Of a stretch of DNA of 64,000 nucleotides, positions 56,401-64,000 are shown in pieces (the stretch's first letter is position 1; every line of letters begins with the position of its first letter). The translations under genes and the position numbers were made by a program. Source of the DNA: an uncultured Muribaculaceae bacterium (GTDB lineage: Bacteria > Bacillota_I > Bacilli_A > RF39 > UBA660); assembly GCA_964493665.1 (NCBI GenBank), contig CAZBOZ010000003.1:1646-65645 (forward strand), written 5' to 3'. The notes beneath the pieces were generated by a model. It had not been told where the DNA came from. It saw nothing but the letters and a program-made list of their open reading frames with translations, and did no database searches.

Positions 56401-56673
56401 ATGGCTAGAAGTTTAAAAAAAGGTCCTTATGTATTTGATAGATTATTAAATAGAATAAGAAAAAACAATGAAAACAACAAAAAAGAAGTTATAAAAACTT
56501 GGTCAAGAAGATCAACTATTTTTCCAGACTTCGTTGGACATACAATAGCGGTTCATAATGGTAAAGAATTTATTCCTGTTTATATTACAGAAGATATGGT
56601 AGGACATAAATTAGGCGAATTTGCTTTAACACGTAAATTTGGTGGCCATGCAGGAAATAGAAAAGAAAGTTAG
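56401..56673 (+). CDS. rpsS: 30S ribosomal protein S19
   Basis: Begins [11 protein letters not shown] and has [23 protein letters not shown]. Confidence 0.98.
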   Translation: MARSLKKGPYVFDRLLNRIRKNNENNKKEVIKTWSRRSTIFPDFVGHTIAVHNGKEFIPVYITEDMVGHKLGEFALTRKFGGHAGNRKES

Positions 56674-56683
56674 GAGGTAGCTA

Positions 56684-57028
56684 ATGGAAACTTATGCAAC
56701 ACATAAAAGCGCTATGATAAAACCTAGAAAAGCAAGAATGACTTTAGATCTTGTTAGAGGTAAAAAAATAGCTGAAGCTGAAAGTATTTTAGAAGCAACT
56801 AATACTTTGGCAAGTCGTTTAATTATTAAAGTTTTAAAATCAGCTACTGCTAATGCGACAAATAATTTAGGGTTAAATAAAGAAGATTTAGTAATATCTG
56901 AATGTTTTATTAATCCAGGACCTGTTTATAAGAGAATTAAATTTGGTTCTCGTACTAAGGTAGATAGACGTGATAAAAGAACGAGTCATATTACTATAAA
57001 AGTAAGTGATGGAAAGGTTGGTGCTTAA
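56684..57028 (+). CDS. rplV: 50S ribosomal protein L22
   Basis: 114 aa. Matches by position and the KPRKARMTLDLVRGK pattern. Confidence 0.95.
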   Translation: METYATHKSAMIKPRKARMTLDLVRGKKIAEAESILEATNTLASRLIIKVLKSATANATNNLGLNKEDLVISECFINPGPVYKRIKFGSRTKVDRRDKRTSHITIKVSDGKVGA

Positions 57029-57031
57029 CAT

Positions 57032-57709
57032 ATGGGTCAAAAAGTAAATCCAATAAGTTATAGAATTGGTGTAAACAAAACTTGGGATTCAAAGTGGTAT
57101 GCATCAAAAAATTATGCAGAATATTTAAATAAAGATATTAAGATTCGTGAATTTCTTGATAAAAAATTAAAAGATGCTGCAGTAGCTTCTATAATTATTG
57201 AAAGAAATAAGAAAAGAACCGATATAACAATTAATACCGCTAAGCCTGGTATGATAATTGGTCGTGGTGGCGAAGATATTGATAAATTGAGAAAAGCCAT
57301 CAACAAACTAGTTGGTGAAGAAATATATATTTCTATAGTAGAAGTAAAACAACCAGACTTAAATGCTAAATTAGTTGCAGATACTATTGCTTATCAAATT
57401 GAAAATAGAGGACCATTTAGATCGGCTCAAAAAAGAGCGATTAGAAATACCATGAAAGCTGGAGCTAAAGGAATAAAAACTTCTGTTTCAGGAAGACTTG
57501 GTGGTTCTGAAATGGCTCGTACCGAATGGTATGTAGAAGGAACAGTTCCTCTTCATACTTTAAGAGCTAATATTGATTATGCAACTAGTACTGCTCATAC
57601 CAATACTGGTAAAGTAGGAGTAAAAGTATGGATATATACTGGCGAAGTATTAAATAACAAAAAACAAATTAAGGGAGTTGATACTAATGTTGATACCAAA
57701 AAAGACTAA
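57032..57709 (+). CDS. rpsC: 30S ribosomal protein S3
   Basis: Begins [15 protein letters not shown] domain with [11 protein letters not shown]. Confidence 0.98.
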   Translation: MGQKVNPISYRIGVNKTWDSKWYASKNYAEYLNKDIKIREFLDKKLKDAAVASIIIERNKKRTDITINTAKPGMIIGRGGEDIDKLRKAINKLVGEEIYISIVEVKQPDLNAKLVADTIAYQIENRGPFRSAQKRAIRNTMKAGAKGIKTSVSGRLGGSEMARTEWYVEGTVPLHTLRANIDYATSTAHTNTGKVGVKVWIYTGEVLNNKKQIKGVDTNVDTKKD

Positions 57710-58121
57710 GTACAAAAAATCCCATAGAGTTAGTTATGATGGCCATGCTAGAGGAAACATTAAATTAAATCAAGGCGAATATGGCTTAATGGCTAAAGAA
57801 GGAGCATGGATAAGTGCTCGCCAAATTGAAGCTGCTCGTATAGCTATGACTCGTTATATGAAACGTGGCGGTAAAGTATGGATAAATATATTTCCACACT
57901 TGCCATTAACAAAGAAACCTTTAGAAACCAGACAAGGTAAAGGAAAAGGTTCTGTTGAAGAATGGGTAGCAGTAGTAAAAGAAGGCAAAATCATGTTTGA
58001 AATAGGAGATATTGATGAGGCTACAGCAAGAGAAGCACTTAGATTAGCAATGCACAAATTACCTATTAGATGTAAATTTGTAAAAAAAGGTGAAGAGGGT
58101 GGTGACAGCAATGAAGATTAA
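57687..58121 (+). CDS. rplP: 50S ribosomal protein L16
   Basis: Start at [11 protein letters not shown] after AAGGGAG. Overlaps the rpsC end. Confidence 0.96.
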   Translation: MLIPKKTKYKKSHRVSYDGHARGNIKLNQGEYGLMAKEGAWISARQIEAARIAMTRYMKRGGKVWINIFPHLPLTKKPLETRQGKGKGSVEEWVAVVKEGKIMFEIGDIDEATAREALRLAMHKLPIRCKFVKKGEEGGDSNED

Positions 58122-58311
58122 TGAAATTAGAAAATTAAGTGATGAAGAATTAGCAAAGAAGATTGAAGAATCAAAGAAAAACTTATTTGATCTTAGAATG
58201 AAACATGCAACTGGAACGCTTGATAAACCATCTGATTTAAAAAACACTCGCAAAGCTGTTGCTAGAATGAAAACTGTCTTGAAAGAAAGACAAAATGGAA
58301 AGGTGGATTAA
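58111..58311 (+). CDS. rpmC: 50S ribosomal protein L29
   Basis: Start at [14 protein letters not shown]. Overlaps the rplP end. Confidence 0.93.
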   Translation: MKINEIRKLSDEELAKKIEESKKNLFDLRMKHATGTLDKPSDLKNTRKAVARMKTVLKERQNGKVD

Positions 58312-58312
58312 T

Positions 58313-58570
58313 ATGGAAAGCAAAAAAACTGAATTAATTGGTAAAGTAGGAAGTGCTAAATGTGATAAAACAATCACAGTTTTAGTTGAAACTCACCGTA
58401 AACATCCCCTTTATAAAAAACGTGTAAAATATTCTAAAAAATATTATGCACATGACGAAAAAAATGTCGCTAAAGAAGGAGATACAGTTTTAATAGCTAG
58501 TACTAGACCATTATCTAAAACTAAAAGATATGAATTAGTAAAAGTTATGGAAAAAGCTGTTATCTTATAA
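58313..58570 (+). CDS. rpsQ: 30S ribosomal protein S17
   Basis: Start at the ATG 58313, right after the rpmC stop. Has [17 protein letters not shown]...HPLYKK. Confidence 0.93.
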   Translation: MESKKTELIGKVGSAKCDKTITVLVETHRKHPLYKKRVKYSKKYYAHDEKNVAKEGDTVLIASTRPLSKTKRYELVKVMEKAVIL

Positions 58571-58581
58571 GGAGGGTTATC

Positions 58582-58950
58582 ATGGTTCAACAAGAAAGTA
58601 GATTAAAAGTTGCTGATAACTCAGGAGCTAGAGAAGTTCTAGTAATTAGAGTTCTTGGTGGCAGTAAAGTTAAAACAGCTAACATTGGTGATGTTGTCGT
58701 TGCTACAGTTAAAAAAGCTATTCCTAATAGCGCAACACCAAAAGGCAAAGTAGTAAAAGCTGTTATAGTAAGAAGTGTTCAAGGAGTTAGAAGAGCTGAT
58801 GGCTCATATATTAAATTTGATGATAACGCTTGCGTTTTAATCAGAGATGATAAAACTCCGATTGGAACTAGAGTTTTAGGGCCTGTTGCTCGTGAGCTTC
58901 GTGATAAAGATTACATGAAGATTGTATCACTAGCTACAGAAGTATTGTAG
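58582..58950 (+). CDS. rplN: 50S ribosomal protein L14
   Basis: Begins [19 protein letters not shown]. Confidence 0.98.
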   Translation: MVQQESRLKVADNSGAREVLVIRVLGGSKVKTANIGDVVVATVKKAIPNSATPKGKVVKAVIVRSVQGVRRADGSYIKFDDNACVLIRDDKTPIGTRVLGPVARELRDKDYMKIVSLATEVL

Positions 58951-58959
58951 GTGAAAAAT

Positions 58960-59235
58960 ATGTTTGTAAAAGTTGGAGATAAAGTAAAAGTTATTGCTGG
59001 AGCTTCTAAAGGCAAAGAAGGCAAAGTAACCAAAACTTTTAAAAATGAAAATAGAGTAATAGTTGAAGGTGTTAATATAATTAAAAAACATCAAAAACCA
59101 ACAACTACTAATGATAAGGGTGGCATAATCGAAAGAGAAGCACCTATTCACGCATCAAATGTAAAAGTTTTAAAAGAAAAAGCTGAAACTAAAAAAGAAC
59201 CTGCAAAAAAGAAAACTGAAAAGAAAGCTAAATAG
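58960..59235 (+). CDS. rplX: 50S ribosomal protein L24
   Basis: Start at [21 protein letters not shown]. The GTG at 58951 is a possible alternative start. Confidence 0.93.
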   Translation: MFVKVGDKVKVIAGASKGKEGKVTKTFKNENRVIVEGVNIIKKHQKPTTTNDKGGIIEREAPIHASNVKVLKEKAETKKEPAKKKTEKKAK

Positions 59236-59244
59236 GGTGATAAA

Positions 59245-59784
59245 ATGAGTACATTTAAAAAATTATATGATGAAAAAATTAAATCAGAATTAGCTAAAGA
59301 ATATAAATACAAATCATCTATGGAAATCCCTAAGTTAGAAAAAATAGTAATCAACATGGGAGTTGGAGAAGCTAGTCAAGATTCAAAGTATATTGAAGCA
59401 GCTGCTAAAGATTTAGAAATTATAGCTGGTCAAAAACCAGTTGTAACTAAAGCAAAGAAATCAATTGCAGGGTTCAAACTACGTGCTGGATCAGCAATTG
59501 GTGTAAAAGTAACTCTTCGTGGTGAAAACATGTATAATTTCTTAGAAAAATTAATTAAAGTAGCAATTCCTCGTGTAAGAGACTTTAGAGGACTAAGTAG
59601 TAAAGCTTATGATGGTAAAGGCAACTATACAATGGGAGTCAAAGAACAATTAATATTTTCAGAAATTGATTATGATAATGTATTAAAAATAAGAGGTATG
59701 GATATCGTATTTGTAACAACAGCAGAGACAAATGAAGAAGCACATTCTTTATTAAGTGCATTCGGTATGCCATTTAGAAAGTAG
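59245..59784 (+). CDS. rplE: 50S ribosomal protein L5
   Basis: 179 aa. Has the [13 protein letters not shown] pattern. Confidence 0.97.
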   Translation: MSTFKKLYDEKIKSELAKEYKYKSSMEIPKLEKIVINMGVGEASQDSKYIEAAAKDLEIIAGQKPVVTKAKKSIAGFKLRAGSAIGVKVTLRGENMYNFLEKLIKVAIPRVRDFRGLSSKAYDGKGNYTMGVKEQLIFSEIDYDNVLKIRGMDIVFVTTAETNEEAHSLLSAFGMPFRK

Positions 59785-59795
59785 GGAAGAAAATT

Positions 59796-59981
59796 ATGGC
59801 AAGAAAAAGTTTAGTAATAAAATCTAATCGTCCACCAAAATTTTCAACTCGTGCTTATACTAGATGTAAAAGATGTGGCCGTCCTCATGGCGTATTAAGA
59901 AAATATGGATTATGTCGTATTTGCTTTAGAGAATTAGCAAGTAAGGGACAAATACCTGGCGTAAAGAAATCAAGTTGGTAA
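59796..59981 (+). CDS. rpsZ: 30S ribosomal protein S14 type Z (zinc-binding)
   Basis: 61 aa with CKRCGRP...CRIC. Confidence 0.96.
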   Translation: MARKSLVIKSNRPPKFSTRAYTRCKRCGRPHGVLRKYGLCRICFRELASKGQIPGVKKSSW

Positions 59982-59993
59982 GGAGAAGATAAT

Positions 59994-60389
59994 ATGGTAA
60001 GCGATTATATAGCAGACATGCTAACAAGAATTCGTAATGCTAATACTATGAAGTATAAAAGTGTTACAGTGTTAGGATCTAAAATGACATTAGGAATTGC
60101 TGAAATTCTTAAAAAAGAAGGATATATAACTGACTATAAATATAATAAAGATACTAAAGGTGATACTTTAGATATTGATTTAAAGTATGGCCCAAAAAAA
60201 GAAAGAGTTATAATCGGATTAAAAAGAATTAGTAAACCAGGATTAAGAGTATATGCAAAAAGTGATGAACTTCCTCATGTACTAAACAATTTAGGTATAG
60301 CAATCATATCAACTTCTAAAGGATTACTAACTGATAAAGAAGCAAGAGCCAAAGGCTTAGGAGGAGAAGTACTTGCCTATATTTGGTAA
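59994..60389 (+). CDS. rpsH: 30S ribosomal protein S8
   Basis: Begins [13 protein letters not shown] and ends ...GGEVLAYIW. Confidence 0.97.
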   Translation: MVSDYIADMLTRIRNANTMKYKSVTVLGSKMTLGIAEILKKEGYITDYKYNKDTKGDTLDIDLKYGPKKERVIIGLKRISKPGLRVYAKSDELPHVLNNLGIAIISTSKGLLTDKEARAKGLGGEVLAYIW

Positions 60390-60401
60390 GGAAAATTTAT
60401 T

Positions 60402-60938
60402 ATGAGTCGTATTGGTAAAAGAGAATTAATTATACCTGAAGGAGTTACAGTAACAATCAATCCTAGTGAAGTAATTGTTAAAGGACCTAAAGGTGAATTA
60501 AAAGAAAATTATGATAAAAGAATAACTGTTAAAGAAGTAGAAGGTAAAATACTTACTGAAAGATCTAGTGAGATGAAACATGTTAAACAATTACACGGGA
60601 CTACTAATGCTTTAATTAATAATATGATTATAGGTGTTACAAAAGGATTTCAAAAAGATCTAGAAGCAGTTGGTGTAGGTTATAGATTTAATTTACAAGG
60701 TAATAAAATAATAATCTCAGCTGGATTTAGCCATCCAGTTGAAGTAATAGTTCCAAGCGATATTAAAGTAGAATCACCTAGTAATACTGAGCTATCATTA
60801 ACAGGAATTAATAAACAAAAATTAATGGAATTTGCGGCTAATGTTCGTAAAATAAGAAAACCAGAACCTTATAAAGGTAAAGGAATTCGTTATAAAGGCG
60901 AATATGTAAGACGCAAAGAAGGAAAGAAAGCGGCATAG
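60402..60938 (+). CDS. rplF: 50S ribosomal protein L6
   Basis: Begins MSRIGKRELIIPEGV. Confidence 0.97.
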   Translation: MSRIGKRELIIPEGVTVTINPSEVIVKGPKGELKENYDKRITVKEVEGKILTERSSEMKHVKQLHGTTNALINNMIIGVTKGFQKDLEAVGVGYRFNLQGNKIIISAGFSHPVEVIVPSDIKVESPSNTELSLTGINKQKLMEFAANVRKIRKPEPYKGKGIRYKGEYVRRKEGKKAA

Positions 60939-60949
60939 GAGGTTAGAAT

Positions 60950-61306
60950 ATGATAAAAAAAGAATCAAGTAATGTATCTAGAGTAAGAAGACATAAACGT
61001 ATTAGAGAAACATTATCTGGAACGAATACTATACCAAGATTAAATGTTTTTAGATCAAATTCTAATATCTTTGCTCAAGTTATTGATGATGAAAAAGGAG
61101 TTACTTTGGTTTCATCTTCATCATTATCTTTAAAATTAAAAAATGGTGGCAACACTGAAGGAGCAAAATTAATAGGTAAAGATATTGCTCTTAAATGCAA
61201 AGCTAAAAAAATAAAGAAAGTAACCTTTGATCGTGGTGGGTATTTATATCATGGTCGTGTTAAAGCGTTAGCAGAAGCTGCACGTGAAACCGGGTTAGAC
61301 TTTTAA
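60950..61306 (+). CDS. rplR: 50S ribosomal protein L18
   Basis: Has RVRRHKRIR...L.VFRSN..I.AQVIDD and [24 protein letters not shown]. Confidence 0.97.
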   Translation: MIKKESSNVSRVRRHKRIRETLSGTNTIPRLNVFRSNSNIFAQVIDDEKGVTLVSSSSLSLKLKNGGNTEGAKLIGKDIALKCKAKKIKKVTFDRGGYLYHGRVKALAEAARETGLDF

Positions 61307-61317
61307 GGAGGGTAATA

Positions 61318-61842
61318 ATGAGACAAGAAAATGATCCAAAGAAAAAACTTTTAGAAGAAAAAGTTATTAATATAGGACGTATTACCAAAGTAGTAAAAGG
61401 TGGCCGTCGTTTTAGATTTTCAGCTACTGTTGTAGTTGGAAATAGAAAAGGATTAGTAGGTATTGGTAGTGGCAAAGCTAAAGAAATAGCTGATGCTGTT
61501 AATAAAGCAATTCAAATGGCTAATAAAAATGTTGTTAAAGTTGCAATAGTCAATGATAGAACTATTCCTCATGAAGCAATAGGCAAATGTGGTAGAGCTG
61601 AAGTTTTAATAAAGCCTGCTAAAGAAGGTCGTGGAATTGTAGCTGGTGGAGCTGCAAGGGCAGTTCTTGAACTAGCTGGAGTAAAAGATATTGTTTCTAA
61701 ATCTCTAGGAGCAAATATTAAAGTTAATGTTGCTAAGGCAACTTTAGAAGCTTTGAAGTCTCAAAGAACTCCCGCCAGAATAAATGCTTTACGTGGTAAA
61801 GCTGAAGCTATAAAAGAAGCGGCAGAAGAGGTTGGTGAATAG
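61318..61842 (+). CDS. rpsE: 30S ribosomal protein S5
   Basis: Has RITKVVKGGRRFRFSATVVVGN and GSGKAKE. Confidence 0.97.
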   Translation: MRQENDPKKKLLEEKVINIGRITKVVKGGRRFRFSATVVVGNRKGLVGIGSGKAKEIADAVNKAIQMANKNVVKVAIVNDRTIPHEAIGKCGRAEVLIKPAKEGRGIVAGGAARAVLELAGVKDIVSKSLGANIKVNVAKATLEALKSQRTPARINALRGKAEAIKEAAEEVGE

Positions 61843-61843
61843 T

Positions 61844-62284
61844 ATGAAATTACACGAATTAACATCATCACCTACAAAAAAAAGTCGTAAAATAGTAGGC
61901 CGTGGTCCAGGAAGTGGAATGGGTAAAACATCTACTCGTGGTGAAAATGGTCAAAAATCAAGAAGTGGAGCAGGAATTCCGGCTTGGTTCCAAGGTGGGC
62001 AATCACCACTTTATAGAAGAATACCTAAAAGGGGATTTAACAACAATAGATTTACAAAAAGATATCAAGTTTTAAACTTAAATGATTTCGATAGATTTAA
62101 TGATGGAGAAATAATTACTCCAGAAAAGTTAAAAGAAATGGGAATTATTAAAAAAGAATTAACTGGTATAAAAGTATTAGCTTATGGAGAATTAACTAAA
62201 AAAGTTACAATCAAAGCTCATAGATTTTCTTCAAAAGCTATAGCAAAAATAGAGAGCGCCGGTGGCAAAGCTGAGGTGATTTAG
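61844..62284 (+). CDS. rplO: 50S ribosomal protein L15
   Basis: Start at MKLHEL, 2 nt after the rpsE stop. Has GRGPGSGMGKTSTRG. Confidence 0.95.
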   Translation: MKLHELTSSPTKKSRKIVGRGPGSGMGKTSTRGENGQKSRSGAGIPAWFQGGQSPLYRRIPKRGFNNNRFTKRYQVLNLNDFDRFNDGEIITPEKLKEMGIIKKELTGIKVLAYGELTKKVTIKAHRFSSKAIAKIESAGGKAEVI

Positions 62285-63556
62285 ATGTTCCAAAGTCTAA
62301 AGCAAATATTTTCTCCAATTAATAAAGATTTAAGAAAAAGAATTTATTTTACTTTGCTAGTTTTAACAATCTTTTGTATTGGAACTAACATAACTGTTCC
62401 AGGAGCAGCAGCAATAACTAAAGAACTAGGGTTTTTAGAATTACTTAACTTAATGGCTGGAGGAAGTTTAAAGAATTTTTCCATATTCGCCTTAGGAGTA
62501 ACCCCTTATATTACAGCCTCCATTATTACGCAAATATTAACAATGGATGCTATAGCAATACCTTATTTCAAAGATTTAAAAGAAGAAGGTTATACTGGTA
62601 AACAAAAGATTAATAAAATAACTAGATATTTAGGTATATTCTTTGCTTTTGTTCAAGGATATGCATTTTCAGTAGCATTTTTGGGGTCAACATCAACAAT
62701 ATTGATTCTAAAAACATCATTAATATTAACTGCTGGGACAGCTTTCCTATTATGGCTTGGTGATCAAGTAACAACTAAAGGAATAGGTAATGGAGTATCA
62801 CTACTTATTATGGCTGGTATTATACTTACTATGCCAAATATGTTTTTAACCGCCTTTAAAGGGTTAGTTCCTATAGATGGAACAGGTAATTTATATTTAG
62901 GCATCTTATATTTCGCGCTCTTTGTAATTTTATATTTAGGAATAGTTGTCAGCGTTATTTTTATTCAAGAAGCTGAGCGAAGAATAGCTGTTCAATATTC
63001 CAATAGAACAAATAGTGCATATGGAGCAAGACAATCATTTTTACCGATTAAGATAAACTCAGCAAGTGTTATTCCGGTAATATTTGCTTCAACACTTATT
63101 TCAATACCAACTACGATTGCGCAATTAACTGGCAAAGAATCATTTGCTAATTTTGTAAATAATTATATAAATTATACTACTCCAACTGGGTTTGCATTAT
63201 ATGTAGTGCTTATATTCTTCTTTGGCTATTTTTGGACATTTATGTCTTTAAATCCAGATGAAATGAGCAAAAATTTGAATAATAATGGTGGTTATATACC
63301 GGGTATAAGACCTGGTAGTGAAACATCTACCTATATAAGTGGGGTTTTATCAAAATTAACAACTGTCGGAACATCATTCCTAGTTGTTATAGCATCTCTT
63401 CCTATTATATTCTCTAAACTATCAAATTTAGGAAACACAGTAACTATAGGAGGGACCGGATTACTTATAGTTGTTGGTGTAGCAATTGAAACATATAAAC
63501 AATTGGAAAGTAGTTTAGTTAGTAGAAGTTACAAAAGGAGACCAAAGAAAATATGA
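62285..63556 (+). CDS. secY: preprotein translocase subunit SecY
   Basis: 423 aa, 10-TM pattern. Has ITVPG and GV.PYITASII. Confidence 0.97.
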   Translation: MFQSLKQIFSPINKDLRKRIYFTLLVLTIFCIGTNITVPGAAAITKELGFLELLNLMAGGSLKNFSIFALGVTPYITASIITQILTMDAIAIPYFKDLKEEGYTGKQKINKITRYLGIFFAFVQGYAFSVAFLGSTSTILILKTSLILTAGTAFLLWLGDQVTTKGIGNGVSLLIMAGIILTMPNMFLTAFKGLVPIDGTGNLYLGILYFALFVILYLGIVVSVIFIQEAERRIAVQYSNRTNSAYGARQSFLPIKINSASVIPVIFASTLISIPTTIAQLTGKESFANFVNNYINYTTPTGFALYVVLIFFFGYFWTFMSLNPDEMSKNLNNNGGYIPGIRPGSETSTYISGVLSKLTTVGTSFLVVIASLPIIFSKLSNLGNTVTIGGTGLLIVVGVAIETYKQLESSLVSRSYKRRPKKI

Positions 63557-64000
63557 AAAACATAATTTTTATCGCCCCACCAGCAGCTGGTAAGGGAACA
63601 ATGAGCGAAATGCTAAAAGACAGATATGGATATGACCATATTTCAACTGGAGACTTAATTAGAGCTGAAGTAAAAGCCGGCAATAAGGAGTTAGAAGAAA
63701 TAATTAGCAAAGGTAATTTAGTATCAGATGAAATAATATTTGCAATGTTAAAAAAGAAGTTAGCAACTATTAGTGGACCATTTATATTAGATGGGTTTCC
63801 AAGAACTATCAATCAATGCTATTTATATACTGAATTAGTAAAAGAAATGGGACTTGATTTAGGAGTAGCGGCTTATTTAACAATTGATAAAGAAGAAGCT
63901 ATGAGAAGAGTTCTAGGAAGGCTAACGTGCAAGAATTGTAAAGTGTGCTTTAATAAATTCTTTAAAGAGAAAATGCCTAAAGAAGAAGGTAAATGTGATA
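63553..64000 (+). CDS. adk: adenylate kinase (3-prime end outside window)
   Basis: ATGA overlap with the secY stop. My translation: MKNIIFIAPPAAGKGTMSEMLKDRYGYDHISTGDLIRAE...LDGFPRT...CKNCKVCFN (zinc-lid type). Confidence 0.93.
   Translation, partial: MKNIIFIAPPAAGKGTMSEMLKDRYGYDHISTGDLIRAEVKAGNKELEEIISKGNLVSDEIIFAMLKKKLATISGPFILDGFPRTINQCYLYTELVKEMGLDLGVAAYLTIDKEEAMRRVLGRLTCKNCKVCFNKFFKEKMPKEEGKCD

Noticed and set aside
61276-61291. parS half-site GCTGCACGTGAAACCG inside rplR
   Set aside because: Only the right half (CACGTGAAAC) matches, giving 12 of 16 overall, and it sits within a conserved coding sequence (AEAARETG). It is most likely a coincidence.

Overview
This is an AT-rich chromosome segment from a low-GC, cell-walled Bacillota-type organism. 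It uses the standard genetic code: TGA acts as a stop (for example rnpA and secY) and Trp is TGG. The window is centred on the replication origin. Every gene left of about 12.5 kb is on the minus strand: murA (partial), prmC, prfA, rpoE, argS, a Noc-like ParB-family gene, rsmG, mnmG, mnmE, jag, yidC and rnpA. From dnaA onward every gene except lemA is on the plus strand.

Gene order on the plus strand is:
- dnaA, dnaN, a comK-like gene, recF, gyrB and gyrA.
- A dense intergenic region with three consensus parS sites, one Noc-binding-site (NBS) palindrome and a small SRP RNA.
- tadA, dnaX, ybaB, recR, holB, ricT, pth, mfd, tatD, a 3D-domain gene, rsmA, spoVG and a divIC-like gene.
- Two catalytically degenerate EcfA-like ATPase genes.
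- rplM, rpsI, a DHH phosphoesterase gene, rplI, dnaB-helicase, an M23 peptidase gene, a walJ-like gene, rlmH and ung.
- lemA (minus strand), yitT, ftsE, ftsX, an M23 hydrolase gene, whiA, a TGS-uridine-kinase-like gene and gap.
- A 1119-aa Cys-rich/cadherin-like surface protein gene.
- The S10-spc ribosomal protein cluster through secY and the start of adk.

I found no rRNA, tRNA, CRISPR array, transposase, integrase or recognisable defence island. Most of the window is ordinary core genome. The items most worth a second look are:
- The Noc/parS/NBS arrangement around oriC.
- The unusual architecture of the Noc-like protein.
- The pair of 'dead' EcfA-like ATPases.
- The ComK homolog between dnaN and recF.
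- The large disulfide-rich surface protein.

All coordinates and motifs were read by eye from the sequence and the supplied translations. All homology statements come from memory of protein families, not from searches.
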